Shown: positions 1 through 14,257 of the stretch, piece by piece
Position numbering within the stretch: the stretch's first letter is position 1
How the letters are laid out: each line of letters begins with the position of its first letter
NCBI RefSeq assembly: GCF_006345805.1
Contig: NC_042999.1
Coordinates: forward strand, 145,080,001-145,144,000
Length of the DNA stretch: 64,000 bases
Origin: Octopus sinensis
Lineage: Eukaryota
Direction of reading: 5' to 3'
Translations under genes and position numbers: made by a program
The notes under the pieces: generated by a model
Databases searched by the model: none
What the model saw: the letters and a program-made list of their open reading frames with translations, nothing else
Told to the model about the DNA's origin: nothing

Positions 1-519
1 TAGAAAACATAAATAACACACCTGCATAACTGAGTTTTGTCCTCCTCATCATTATCATCTTTGTCCATTATAGTGGATTTAAAAGTCTGTTTTTCCATGC
101 TAGAATAAGCTAGATGAATCAGCATGCTGAGATCTCATCTTAATCACTCTGTCTTCTGCCAAAGATCCTTTCCATTACCAATACACAATACTTTTTTTAC
201 TCAGCAATTTCTCCATTTGTATTATATATATATCTATACAATCAATTATATTGAGAAGAATATTTCAGTTCTACTAGGAAAAGCACACTCATGTACTCAC
301 ACATGCACGTATGCACGCACACACGCGTGCACACACACACACACACACACTTTTACCCTTAAAGGGCATTTTGGCTGAAACTATCTCATTCAATATATTT
401 TTGTTTCCAATATGGCTGGATATGATTTGAGGGAGATTTAGTTGCTATTTCTAGAAAATTGAGTGACCACATTAAGGTACCACTGTTGGCCACCAATAAC
501 TGGTCCTCTGGCAGTTATA

Positions 520-815
520 ATGACAAATGTTCCAGTTGGTCTGATCAACAGAACAGCCTGCTCATGAAACTAATGTGCATGTGGCTGAGCACTCCATTGA
601 TACATATATCCTTAATGTAGTTCTTAGGGAGAGTTAGTGTGGCACAGAATGAATGTGACAAGGTTGGCCTTTTGAATTACAGGTACTACTCATTTTTACC
701 AGCTGACAGGACTGAAGCATTTGTGAAATAAAGTGTCTTGCTCAAGGACAATGTACCACTGGGAACTGAACTTGTGACCTTCAATTGTGAGCTAAATACT
801 CTAACCAGTAAACAG
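520..815 (-). mobile_element. Decayed tRNA-type SINE
   Basis: Reverse strand shows a tRNA-like head (ggtcacaagttcagttcc) followed by ccttgagcaagacactttatttcac, a SINE core-like motif. Boundaries approximate. Confidence 0.5.
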
Positions 816-874
816 TGTGCCTTCACTGTTGGCCACCATTAGTGATTAGTTGGTACTCTTTGGTCTCTATTGAG

Positions 875-1180
875 CAGTGGTTCCCAAAGTGGGTGGTATT
901 TCCCCCTGGGGTGGTGGGAAGTTCCAAGGGGGCTTTGAAGAAAAGTGGAGCAATAATGGGGTAGCGATTTGTTTAGAAGTGGAGTGATAATGGGGCAGCA
1001 ATTCTTGTAAAGACAACAAAATTATAGGTTCATTAGGTGAAGTTTTATTTGTGAAATACAGTTGCTTTGAATCTGCTTCAGAAAGAGGTCTATGTTTGTG
1101 ATAGTTAGTTAGGGTGGGGGTGCTAGGAATTTGACCTGGGTATCAAGGAGGGGCAGCCCGAAAAAGTTTGGGAGCCACTG
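875..1180. mobile_element. hAT (Charlie/Buster-type) MITE, 306 bp
   Basis: TIRs cagtggttcccaaa / tttgggagccactg and a perfect 8-bp TSD ctattgag at 867-874 and 1181-1188. Confidence 0.9.
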
Positions 1181-4100
1181 CTATTGAGTAACACCTGGAG
1201 CCATGGAAGTAGTTTATTTGAATATGTATAGATACTTCATAGATCTAGCATAGTGGATATGGCAAAGTCACATCCTGCAAGTATTAATGTCATGCTATTA
1301 TATATTTTTTGCTTACTACTGCTGTCATCATCATCATCATTCATAATCATTAAGACTTGTGTCAGTGAGAGAACTCTATATGGTCATTTGACCTACAAGA
1401 AATGACAGCTAAATCTTCCCGAGTCTTAAAGAAGGTCACATGGAATAGTTTTAGATAAATTACAAGAAATACAGATGGACTGGTCATAGTTGGAATGTCT
1501 TTAACCATAAGTCTGTTTATTGGTTGATCAAAACAACAAGAACATTATAATATTGTAACTACTATCACTGTTGCTACTGCCATCTATTCATTTATCAACT
1601 GTAACATCTTCATTATCACCACCACTGCCAGAAGAGGCTATGGCTATATTCACTTTGACTATCATCTTCATCTTCATCAACTTCATCTTTGATAACATCA
1701 GTATCATTGTCATAACCATATTCTTACGATGGCTACTGCTATGAACAACTATCATCATCATCGCCATCATTGTTATCATCAGCATCATTATCATCACTGT
1801 CATTGTCAGAATCACTAAATTGCAATCATCATTGCATAATGATTGTATAACCCTCAATGTCAACAATTGTCATTATGAATCAACAAAGCATCCCCTACTT
1901 GGTTCATTGATCTGCTAGAAATAGCAGTCCATTTCCCCTCAAATCACCTTCCTGCTATCTTAATGACATAGGGAACAATGCAGTCATTGCAAAGTTCATC
2001 AAAACCATGTACAGCAGAAATAGAACCGAGCATCAAAGAACTAAACTTGAAAATATAAAAAAATATTAGAAAAACAGAAAGCTGTCAAACATTTGTATGT
2101 AACATAAACTGGAAAAGTGAAACATAAGTCTGGTAGTGTGTTTAAGAAACTTGCTTTCTAAACATGTGGTGCTTGGTTCAGTCTCACCAGACAGCACTTT
2201 TGATAAATGTCTTCAACTATAGCTCCAGGCTCGTGAAAGCCTTATCAGTGGATTTGGTAGACAGACACTGAAAGAAACCCATCATACGTGCATGCATGCA
2301 TGTGTGTGTGAGTGTGTGTGTGTATGTTCCTTTTGTGCACCTTTGTCTTGACATCACGTGATGGCTGTAAATGAGCATCACCATCATACAATTGAAATTA
2401 TTAATTTTCAGTATTTTGTGAAAAACATGTCTAACTCTGGAGAAAATATATTACCTGCTTGGAAACAGGTGAGGGTTGGCAGTAGGCCATAGAAAAAGAA
2501 CCTACCTCAATAAATTCCATCTGACCTATGCAAGCATTGGCAAAGTGGACATTAAATGATGATCAAAACACTATATTCAGTAATTAATATCATTCATGAT
2601 AACATTGGTCACTCTAGACTCTGTGCCATATAGTTGGGAAGCAAGCGACTTTACCACAAAGCCATGCCTGCACCCAACATAGAAAAACATATACTCATAA
2701 AAATAACTGCAACATCAGTAGCCTCACTAGTCCTGAACACTATGTTGAGATATGCACTACTGACAAGTTCAGAGAAACAGCAACTGTTGTGTTCTAACCA
2801 GGCCCACCTTGCTCACTTTTTACTGTGTCCACCGTCAGAATCTACAGGTGCACAGAAAAGACTGGACAGTGGAGAGAAAGGAAGAACATATTCAGACTGT
2901 CATACAGCATCCACTGTGATTCCTCACTGCATGCCAGTGTGTGTTTTAGGATATTCAGGTGGATGCATGGTATAATGGGTAAGGTGAAAGTGTGGCTTCT
3001 GCCTCATTATTTGTCTTTGTACCATAGGACTAGTATATTAGAACAACAGCAACCATCATTATCTTTGTTATTAATCATCTTTGTAGTATTCACCACCATC
3101 ACTTGCCTCTTTGACCACCACTTCACACTGTAACTCCTGGTATCTGTGTGAAGCCATGACATATCATTTTCTAGATCCTAGGCAAAGTCACCATTTTATA
3201 ATTATTAGTTCAGCTGTGAGTGACTAATATTTAATTCTCCACTTGTATTGAAGCATAAACTTATAATTAAGTGGGGGAATAAATACTTAATAGAATGAAA
3301 AAATATTTGATTACTAAAAATTATACCAAAATGACAAGAAAAATCATTGGTGTTAATGATAATTTATGTTAAAAGTCAAGGAAGATGACTCTGATGTTTA
3401 TATTGATTAAAAATTGAATGAGAGCAAGCAGTGGGTGTGTGTTTGGTCTTTGGTAATAATGATGACAATTCCAGACCTGGTTTGGTTTTAGACTTCCTCA
3501 ACAAAGCAATACCTTACTCATAATTACTTGGCTATAGAATAACTCAAGAACTTTTTTGTGTTCCAGGGTACAAGGTAGCTTCTTTAATGCTGGTGCCATG
3601 ATAAATGCACTCAGTACACTCTGGTTGGCAGATGAGTAGAGACAGCATAGGGTTGAGTAGAGCAAACGTTTTAGTTATTGGTGGAATGTTTAAATGCACC
3701 CAGTATACTCTGTAAAAGTGGCTGGTGTTAGGAAGGTATCTCGTCATTGAAAACCTATCCAAAAATGAAATATATATGGGTGATATATGGTCTCCTGACC
3801 CATTCAGTGGGGGTCTGTAACTCTGAATAGGAACTGACTTCTACTGTGACAACTCATTCAATACATGCTAGCATGGATAATTGGTGCTTACACTACACCT
3901 ACCATGTGTCTTCAAAAGGTAAAAAAAAAATTATAAAAACATTGATATATCATTGTTGCAGGGCATGTAATACCCTAACTTCTTCATTGATGATAATCAC
4001 TCTTGAGAGCCATGAACCACATTCTATCAAGGATAGGGATAGATAGTGCTTGTTAGTTGAGGTAGTGGTGGGGTGCTATCTATTTCCACTGTAGGTGAGA

Positions 4101-4401
4101 CCAAGAAGACAGACTAGGCAGTTAGTTTTAAGATAGCTTTCAAGAGATTGGATTTCTGGCAGTCTCCTGCTGTTTTGAGGAAGTGACTGTCATCTTTGGC
4201 CACTCTTCATGCTCAATATAACTCCTTCATAGCAAAGATAGTGATGCTGGGTAATGCACGCCGTCAACTCCATTATAAAGTGTGTATGTATGTATATATC
4301 ATAATAATAATGATATAAATAATATATATATATATATATATATGTGTACATACTTACATCTATACATATATATATATGCATATGTGGGCACAGGACATCA
4401 C

Positions 4402-4443
<42 letters not shown>

Positions 4444-4538
4444 TTTATTTATTAATAAAGCATATTACTCTACCCCTTGTATTTGAGTACTCTTTTTTTC
4501 CACCTTGTTTCACATTTATGTGTTTACTCCGGTATATA

Positions 4539-4588
<50 letters not shown>

Positions 4589-6283
4589 TAGATAGAAAAG
4601 AAGTGTATTTCTATGCAAGAAAAAATATAGGAGAATTTGATTTGGGGTTTGAAATTGCACCTGAATCTCAAAACGTGTAGCTATATTATATAATTTCAAA
4701 CCCCAAAACAAATTCCCCTATATATATATATATATATATAAACACACTTTTTAGCTTACATCCAATAAATTTCACTGGACATTAGTCGAACCAAGTGTAA
4801 GGTAGACGTGACTTAAGTTGTCATTGCTCAGTAGGATCAAAGCCAAAGCTTATGTTTGTGAAATGACTTTCTTAGCCTTGCAGCTATTGTCAAATCTAAC
4901 ACATTTCTTTTATACTCATTTCTGTTGCTCTATGTACTCAATTCTATTGCTTTCTGATAAAATCTTCCCCAATATTTTTTCTTTGTTTTATCTCACTTTT
5001 ATTTTTTGATTGGGGTAAGTTTCTTTTTCTTCTTTTTTTCATGTGATTAAAAAACAACAAACAAATAGTTTTGTAAGTTATTTAGTCAATGTATTTCTGT
5101 ACAAGCAGAAACATGTATTTCCCCAAGATGTTATCTATAAATTGTTTTGGCAACTGTTGCTTTGGAACAACTGATCTTTGTCAGTGCAATTAATTTTCTT
5201 TCTTTATATAGTTATTTTCACTTTGACTAATATTGTTGTTTTATTATATTTTGTATTTGTAATCCTGAGGAAGAAGAGTAGCACCTATAGCTTTCTTGAG
5301 GATTTTTGATAATTGGGTAAAGTCAGTGCAACTAATGTGTAATTTGAATTGTTTCCAGGTTACTGGCTTCAGAGGAGTGGTTTTGAGTTATCAGAAAAGT
5401 ACACATGAGAAAAACGTATTTAGATAAAGGGTTGGTACTAACAGGTGAAAGGTGTTATGAACAGAAGGAGAGAGTGTATGCAGCATGTTTCAGATATTAG
5501 CAATTTTTGAACAACACCTACAGCAGTTACTGTTGAAGTTAAAGGAGGACACAGCCCAACTTTAAGCTAATGCCTTGAGAATGCTTTTATAAAAAGGAAC
5601 CTTCCCTCACATGACCTTTCAATAAACTTTAAATATCTTCTCCCCTCATGACAAATGAACATACTCCATATTTTGATTTTAATGTATTGACTTTTCAAAA
5701 GTAGATAACTATTAGTTTCTTCGCATTCAAGTGGTTATATATGATTACCTCTGGTGGTCAGCTTTTTCTTCACTACAATCAATCTGGTGCGTGTATATAT
5801 GTGGTGGATAATTCTCTATATAAAAGCTTACTGCATTGTGGAATAAATTTGTGCCTCTTAAACAGAAAAGTGTCTTTCTGCAACCAGTTCATCCTCTCAT
5901 TTTAACTTGTTTATACTATTTAATATGTTTTCACTTTAGATTCCTTTAAATTTCTAGTTATAGTTTATTACTAGATAGAGAGAATTTTTCATTATCCACA
6001 TCTTGATGTACATAACTTATAATTTTGTTTACTTCACTTGGCTGACAAACAGACAGGGTTCACTTTTATGCCACAGTTGTGTGGTTATTGGTAAGAAGCA
6101 AATCCAACTTTTAAAAGATAACATAACTTTTTAAGTAAAAGTATATCCCATTCATACTAACATGAAACAGTAAATAAATCTAAGAAAATGAAAAATCCTA
6201 TATTGTGATGTAATACAATGTTTAATTATATTACTTTCTTGAAAAATACATTACTGAAATATTTTTATTTTCATCTGTTTCAG

Positions 6284-6308
6284 AGAGAAGGACATTGAGT
6301 TAATTAAG
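6284..6308 (+). CDS. ITPK1: ITPK1 internal coding microexon (25 nt), (R)EKDIELIK
   Basis: Acceptor ttttcatctgtttcag| and donor |gtaagg. The 25 nt read a-gag-aag-gac-att-gag-tta-att-aag and align to the human ITPK1 segment RKRGMEVVQ, also a 25-nt exon as I recall. Splices in frame to 20264. Confidence 0.85.
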
Positions 6309-6380
6309 GTAAGGTTAATATTTTAATACATACATAGATGTAATTAAGGTAAGGTTTACATTTTAATACATATACAAATA
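6301..6380 (+). repeat. 40-bp tandem duplication spanning the microexon donor
   Basis: taattaaggtaaggttaatattttaatacatacatagatg / taattaaggtaaggtttacattttaatacatatacaaata. Confidence 0.9.
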
Positions 6381-7051
6381 TAGATTTGTAGTGTAATATA
6401 TGGATTCATTGAATCATGTGACTATCACAGAAAGCTCTTCTAGCAGACCCAGCTAGCAGACTACATAGTAATCCAATACAGAGGAGTATAATGCAGAATT
6501 CTATGCAGCTGAAATCCTGGAGATCCAATTGATGAAATAATTTCATGATGCATATATAAACCATAAAAAGTCAGGAGATATGAGAAGTGAATATATTTAT
6601 TTAACCATTTGTCATCCTTAGGGTCATGGCCATTTCCCAGCCTCCATTATGTGATAAAAGTTTCAGTGTATGATAAATTATCGTACATGTCTGCACTAAT
6701 ATGCATGCTACATATCATACAATGCAATTGTACATTTACAGATCAGTGCAGATAAAGAAAGCACATTCACCAGATCACTAGAACATGATGGTTACACCAA
6801 TGGCTTCAACTCTATTATTTAAGTCTTTACATTCTGGGTTCAAATTCCACTGAGGTCAACTTTGCCTTTCATCCTTTTGGAGTCGATAAATTAAGTACCA
6901 CTGAAACACTGGGGTCAATGTAATTGACTAATCTCTCTCTTAAAATTTCAGGCCTTGTACTTTTAGTAGAAAGGATTATTATTATTATTATCATCATTTA
7001 CTTTTAATCTGCATGTTTGTTACAATTACTAGTGTTTCGGATTGCAAGACA

Positions 7052-9257
7052 GTGTGTGAGAGAAAATTGTGATGTCATAAGAGAGAAATGTGTCCATATG
7101 GATGATGGTGCACTTGCATGTAATGATTCTGCAAAGAAAGAGGCTTAGAAATGCCATTATGGAAGATGCTGAACATAGAGAATGAGTGGGGGAGGAGGAG
7201 TCTGCCCAATGTTGACCCAATTGGGGACTGGTTATCCAAATCAACAGTTCCACGGTAGATAAAGCTATTTGCGATATGAAGACAGGAAAAGCCCCCCAGC
7301 CCATCAGGAATCTCTGCTGAGATGTTTAAAATATCTGGTGGTGTGGGTTATGGTCTAGTTACCCATATTGTAAATCAGGTGGTTCACAAAGGTGTCATAC
7401 CCAATGACTGGTGTAGCAGCACCATAGTTAAGTGCTACAAAGGTAAAGGTGTTACCTAAGACAAAAATAATTGCAGAGGTATCAAATGCTGGATCAGGTG
7501 ATGAAAGTTACAGAGAGCGCCATAGCCCAACTAATTATGGAGAGAGTTAGCTTAGATGAGATGCAATTTAGTTTTGTGCCAGGGAGAAACACCACTGATG
7601 TTATATTTCTGGCGAGGCAGCTGCAGGAGAAATACATAGCCAAAGATAAACCTCTGTACTTGGAGAAAGCTTTTGACAGGGTCCCCCAGTCCATTATCTG
7701 GTGGCCAATGCAGAAACTAGTGATAGATGAGTGGTTGTTGAGAGCTGTACAAGCTATGTACAGGGATGCTACCAGTAAGGTGAGGATTGGCAATGAGTAC
7801 AGTGAAGAATTCAGGGTACAAGTAGGGGTTCACCAAGGATTGGTTCTCAGCCTCCTCTTGTTCATCATAGCCCTCCAGGCAATAACAGGAATTCAAGTCA
7901 GGCTGCCTCTGGGAGCTCCTTTATGCTGATGATCTTGCTCTTATAGCTGAATCACAACCTGAACTAGAGAAGTTCCAGGTATGGAAGCAAGGTCTAGAAT
8001 CAAAGGGCCTTAGAATTAACCTAGCAAAAACCAAAGTCATAGTAAGTAGGAAGGCAGACAAATTTCAAATCCCTTCAGGTAGATAGCTCTGCACAATCTG
8101 TAGAAAAGGTGTAGGTAGAAACTCCATAAGATGCACCCAGTGTAAGCTTAGGACATAAACAGTACAGCAATATCAGAGGAAGGTTAATAGGGAAACTAGT
8201 TTTTGTATGTGGAAGATGCACAGGTACAATAAATGCTGAAAATGGGTAAAAAATAGACTCCATCAACTGAAGGGTGGGGGTGGAGCTAGAGGTAGTAGAT
8301 AGCTTCCATTATCTAGGTGACCAAGTTAGTAGTGGAGGTGGATGCTCCGAGAGTGTAGCTGTGAGAATAAGATTAGGCTGGGCTCTTACCAATGCTGGCA
8401 GCAAAAGGCCTCTCTCTCAGAGTGAAAGGCAGATTGTTTGATGCCTGTGTGCAAACAGCTATACTGCATGGCGGTGAAACATGGGCTGTGACATGGGCTC
8501 AAAATGAAGCCAGTATGCTTTGCTGGATGTGCAATATAAGTGCATGTTCAACAGTGTAAGCATCTTGAGAGAAAAGTTAGGCATAAGAGGCATCAGATGT
8601 GGTGTGTAAGAGAGACGACTATGCTGGTATGGTCACGTGATGCATATGGATGAAGACATCTATGTAAAGAAGTGCTGATCCCTAACTGTGGAGGGAACCT
8701 GTGGTAGAGGTAGACCCAAGAAGACAAGGAACGAGGTGGTGAAGTATGATCTTCGAACTTTGAGCCTCACAGAAGCAATGACAAGTGACTGAGACCTTTG
8801 GTGATATGCTGTACTTGAGAGGACCCATGAAGCCAAGTGTACCCACACTGTTGGCATGTAAAGAATACCTTCTGAGCATTAGACCGTATGGAGGCAAAGT
8901 GTCCAAGTTCCTTTCAAGTGTTGGGCCTCATGGAGGTAATGTGGCTGAGTTCTGTTCGAGTGTTGGGCCTCATGGAAGTAATGACTGAGACCTTTGGTAT
9001 TACGTCGTGCTTGAGAAGGAGACCCATCAAGCTGAGCAACATTACATTCGTGGCAGATACCAGTGTCATGCAAATTGGAACCTGTGTCGGTGGCACATAA
9101 AAACATCTATTACACTCTGAGTGGTTGGCATAAGGAAGGGCATCCAGCTATAGAAAACCATGCCAAATCAGACTGGAGTCTGGTGCAACCCTCCAGCATG
9201 CCAGACTGGTCAATCTGTACAACCCATGCCAGTATGGACAACGGATGTTAAATGATG
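7052..9257 (+). mobile_element. 5'-truncated, decayed RTE-clade LINE (RT domain, Cys-rich insert, C-terminus and 3' UTR tail)
   Basis: Frameshifted translation gives MKTGKAP..SGISAEM, IPNDWCSSTIVKCYKGKG, QFSFVPGRNTTDVIF, LEKAFDRVP, GVHQGLVLSLLLF, LLYADDL and CTQCKL..HK. Ends in the tail gagtggttggcataaggaagggcatccagc...ggatgttaaatgatg followed by (ATT)n. Confidence 0.9.
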
Positions 9258-9300
<43 letters not shown>

Positions 9301-9301
9301 G

Positions 9302-9497
9302 GGTGGTGAGCTGGCGGAATTGTTAACATGCTGGGTAAAATGCTTAGTGGCATTTTGTCCATCTTCATGTTCTGAGTTCAACTTTATCTTTCATCCTTTT
9401 GGGGTTGATAAATTAAGTACCAGTTGAGTGCTGGGGTTGACGTAAGTGACTAGTCACCTCCTCTAAAGTTGCTACCCTTGTAGCAAAATTTGAAACC
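9302..9497 (+). mobile_element. tRNA-derived SINE, family A (ggtgagctggcagaat...ttctgagttcaaat...ttgcctttcatcc...aagtaccagttgag)
   Basis: Recurrent ~190-bp element. Further copies at about 14043-14225, 15365-15575, 15812-16003, 26401-26607 and 28683-28815 (+) and 37325-37530 and 37795-37990 (-); partial copies near 6820, 12410, 13680, 13840 and 32690. Confidence 0.75.
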
Positions 9498-10364
9498 ATT
9501 ATTATTATTATTTCTCCTTCTTTTCATGGAACACCACACTTTATTGATTTCTTTGGCATTAAGATGAGAGACACATTTCTCTTTGAATTGAATGCCAGAC
9601 TAATTTAGTTAGTTTTTGAAGTGGATGGAATTGAATCCACCCCTTCAAGGTTATGGAATTAAAAGAAAAGATTACAGGATTGATTACAACAAAAAGTGGA
9701 TTTTATTAACTTCTGGTGCCCACTTACAGCTCAGTGAACCATGTCACTAAGAATTTAATGTTTCTGCATCACACACAATTTTAAAGTTCTTAAGTTTTTC
9801 AATTTAGAAGGTTAAAAATATTGACACAGACAACATGTTTCCTCTCTTTAGTGAGTTGCTTGGACTTACTCCATGTTCTGTTTAAAATGAAAGTACTCCA
9901 TGTTGCTAGTAATGTGGCAGAATTAAATTTAAAAATCTAGTCTTCAGAGATATGACAGTGCTAATCACAATAAGGATTTCTAACATTGGCTCAAGTCTAC
10001 AAATAAGGGGCTAGAGCACATTTAATTAAATCAACCCCAATACTTGTCTGGTGTTTATTTTATTAACAACAGATGGCTGAAAGGGGGTCAAACCTGGTGG
10101 GATTTAAACTTGGAACTAAATATCAGAACATTTTGTTTGGCACTCTATTGTGCCATTCACTTCCCTCCATAATAGTGATAATAATAATTATTTCTTTTCT
10201 TGATCACAATATCAGTAAAAGGACCACAAGGGCCAAAAACATTGGGTTCAATAGAAAGTTGAAATACTTAGGCAAAGCAACAAACAAGAAAAGTGAAGGA
10301 TTTACATAGAATAAAAGATCAACAATAACAATAAAGACATTAATAAACAGATGATAATGATAAT

Positions 10365-10731
10365 AACAAGAGCATTCAGAGAGCCCAAACTTCTGCTAAG
10401 GCAACACCAACATCCTCTCGATGATTAACCAGAGAGGATTTTTTAAATGAGAATATCTTAAGTAAACTCAACTGCTCTCACAAATGAGAATACTAAAGAT
10501 GAACCCAACTGGTCTCAAAAATTAAGTGAAAAAAAAACAGGAAAAATAATCCAGAATCCTTGTCCAGTACCAGATTAATCCCCAAATCTAATCAGTTCAT
10601 GCCAATCGTGAAGCCAAGCATCCCTGAAAGTTTCATCCGAATCCATCCAGTGGTTCTTCAGATATTTTGTCCATGGACAAAACAAACAAATACGACTGAA
10701 AACAATACCTCCACCTTTAAGGTGGAGGTGT
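10365..10731 (+). mobile_element. Non-autonomous Helentron/HINE-like element, copy 1
   Basis: Starts aacaagagcattcag, has a subterminal ttctgctaaggc motif and ends in the palindrome acctccacctt-ta-aggtggaggt. A near-full-length homologue lies at 48131-48485. Confidence 0.65.
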
Positions 10732-13700
10732 TGTGCAGAACGCAAGTAAGAACAAGAGGTGTCCAAAAATGAGAGAGCAATCGCATCAGGTGATTCAGGG
10801 CACACTGCACATGACCCTAAATTTTTCTTACCACAAGCCAATATCCTCTACTAGTTCTTGCTAGCTCTTACAGCTGCATAATTAATGTGAACCCATTTAA
10901 AAATGCTAATTTTGCAACTCATCCATCCTTCATACAGGTCTCTGGAAGACAGCACTTTTCTCTTTAAGAAGTTGATGTCTTGAGAAGAAAAGCTCATCAG
11001 AACTTACAATCGCATCGATGTTTTATAAAATAAGTTATACATTTATATAATATTTGCCAATACACAGTTTGGCAAAGTAGCCTTGAATGACCATATATGT
11101 TTAGTTCTTGGAGCCAGCAATTTCACTCACTTCCTGGTTAAATAATGAATATACAATGACTCTTTGACCATGTCACATGCCAGCCATCTAAGCACTGCAA
11201 GTGGATTTTTATTGCTTGTATATCACAAAACCAAGATGGGTAATATGTGGCACTAATACCATATGCAATTATTTTCTAGCACCCCATCACTACCATCTTA
11301 TTTTCTTCTCTGCTACTTCCATCTACCCTTACATAAAGTGGGATAACCATGTATCTTCTTTATAGCAAGACACCTGTCACTTCCTACTCTCAAATATTAC
11401 CCCCAACATTTAGTCGAGGGTTTTTTCCCCCTTTTCTGTGTTGTGAGTTACTCCACAATCTTAGTGTCCAGTGGCATGTAAAAAAAAAAGAAGCAACATT
11501 GTAAAGTGGTTGGCATCAGGAAGGGCATCCATCTACAAAAAAACCCACACCAAAGCTGACATTGGAGCTCAACACAGTCCCATGGCCTACTGGATGCTGT
11601 CAAACTGTCCAACATATGTCAGCTTGTAAAATGGACATTAAATGAGGATGATTACTTTATTCACACTTTCTCTTGATCAAGTTTTTATAATTTGCTGAAT
11701 GTAGTATATGGTATGCTCTGTACTACTTAAATGCTTGTCGAATTATTGTTTTAGTGGCATGGCCTGATTTATGATGAGCAGTATTTCCTGACACTCTTTT
11801 CAAGAAAAAGGCTACTCTGATAGTTTTTAGTTTCATCAAAACAATCTTTGCATTTAATATCTAAGAAATGATCTAGGAATGTCTTTGTTATATCTATGTA
11901 TCTATGTTGTGCTGCTTTTGCAAATGTGTCTTCTAGTTTGTCAGTCTACTTTCCTTACATGTTATCTGTCACTAAATACTTCCTAAACTGAATAGATATC
12001 TGTTTAAATTTTCTTTCTCAGATCAGCTTACCATCAATTGTAAATCCCAACTCATAACTAATTCTGCAAACAAGTGCCTTGTAAACTTTTTATGTTGGGA
12101 AAAGTATGTGAAACTTCTAGATACTGTATGTAAAATATTCTATGTAAATTTGCTGTTCAAGCCATGTACTTGAGACCAGTAGAGTTCACCAGCTGAAACC
12201 GTGAATTATTGTCATTGCTACTTTATGCTTGCTTTCCATGCTGAATGGGTTGGATGAATTATGGTTGAAGTCAGGGTGTATTTGGGGGTACTACTTACTT
12301 AGATCAGTTGGAAAAACTACATTTTACTTGCATTTCATTATTTGGTTTGGTTTCTGTGGCTGGATACCCTTCCTAAAATGTTTTATGCTATTTAGTTACA
12401 ACACTGTACATCTTGAGTTCACATTCTGAGTTTGCATTTCATCCTCTCTGGGTTGATAAAATATATACCAGTCAAATACTGAAGATGATTTTATTAACTA
12501 TTCTCTATCTCAAAATGTCCTATCTTCTGCCAGTTAGAAGTCAATATTATATTGTTGGAAGGGATAACTAATGATATTGAAACTAATGTGTATGTTGTTA
12601 AGCTAAATATTATTTCATTTCTTCATGATTTGGGGAGAGTAAATATATTTGAGTGACTTAACTAATTAAAACAATGTCTTTGCATCATCCAAGGGAGATT
12701 TACATCTCATCCACCTAATGCTCTTAAAACTACCCTCTCCTTAAGACTTTAGGATATATTTTATTTAGGATACATGGTTGTAGTCTAGTTGGATAGTCCA
12801 GATAACAACTGTGAAGCTTGTACTTTAATTGGCATTTTTGTTGTAAGCTTAGACACATTCTTAAGTTGAACATGGAAGTTGGACAATGACCAATGATCAA
12901 CCACTGTTGTTTATCCCTCACTACATAAAAACCTGATCTAAAGTCAGTCTACATTGTTTTGGCTAAGAGTCTGGCAATTTTTTCACAATTGACCTATTAC
13001 TCTGCAGACGTGTCATCACTTGCTCACTACAACATGACTTGAGTATCAGACAAAGTTTATAACAGCGTAGTTAAGAGCTTGGCAGTCCTCAGCATGTGTC
13101 AACAAACAATACAGCTAACTAAGACAATTGACTACACAATCAATAAAGCAAAATTGAATCTGTAACTGGTGATATATAGGTGAAATTGTTGGAATGTATT
13201 TCAGATGCTTTAGACTTTGATTACTAAAAGTGTGAAATAAGTCTAAGGATTTTGAGTTGTTAACATCATCTTCTATATACAGTCAAAGCATAGCTATAAG
13301 ATGATATTCTAGCCTTTCACTAAATGGGTGGCTGGGTGGGGGAACCAACAACAATAAAATCAAACTTTGTTCATGCTTATTTCATTCTGTTGAATAATAA
13401 TAATAATAATAATAATAATATAGTTGTTGAGCTGAATGTTGGTCATTATTAAGCAAATATATGATCAAAAACATTTTTGTCCTTATTATACCATTTTCTT
13501 TTTATCAGGCTTAGTTTATCTTAGACTACATTGTCTAATGTGTTTTTCTTTTATTTTTCTAGGATAGTAGAATGTTATTTGAGGGTAATTTGCTACTTCT
13601 AGCAATTTGAGTGACCACATAAAGGTTTCCGCTGTTGGCTATGCCTGTAGATAACAAAAGTTTTAATATAATGAGAGAAATTCCACCGAAGTTGACTTTG

Positions 13701-14257
13701 CTTTTCATCCTTCTCGGATTAATAAAATAAGTACCAGTTGAACACTGGGGTCAATGTTATCAACTTACACTAACTTTGTTGACCTTTTTGCCAAAATTTG
13801 AAAACAATACAGTGAGAAGTATCAGATAAAATGCCTTGTCTCTTTACATTCTGAGTTCAAATTCTGCTATGGACAAATTTGTCCTTCCTTACTCCGGCAT
13901 TTATAATATAAAGTATTAGTACTGGGACTTATCTTATCAATTAACCCTGTCTTCAAATTTCAGGCCTTGTGCCTCTGTTAAAAACCATTGGTCTTTCTGT
14001 ATCAGGAGGACATCATCATTATCATTATTTTTATAATTAAAGTGATGAGCTGGCAGAATTGTTAGCATGCCAGGCAAAATGCATAGTGACATTTTGTCCT
14101 TATGTTCTGAATCCAAATTCTGCTAAGGTTGACTTTGCCTTTCATCCTTTCAGGGTCAATAAAACAAGTACCATTTCAGTACTGGGGTTGATATAATCAA
14201 CTTACTCCTTCTCCAAATTGAAACCATTATTATTATTATTGGGGGCTACTGTAATGA

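Noticed and set aside
1588-1866. 92-aa Met-rich ORF
   Set aside because: Degenerate (CAT)n/(ATC)n low-complexity tract.
5358-5408. Acceptor-like tttccag followed by a frame reading GYWLQRSGFELSEK, reminiscent of the ITPK1 N-terminal GYWLSEKK
   Set aside because: The motif is split by six extra residues, hits TGA at once, lacks KKLNF and has no phase-2 donor. Probably chance; the real first coding exon is likely upstream of the window.
6077-6090. 14-nt cag|...|gtaaga pseudo-exon 190 bp upstream of the microexon
   Set aside because: Splicing it to 6284 in the ITPK1 frame creates TG|A, a stop, and it has no homology to ITPK1. Cannot be excluded as a non-coding or poison exon without RNA data.
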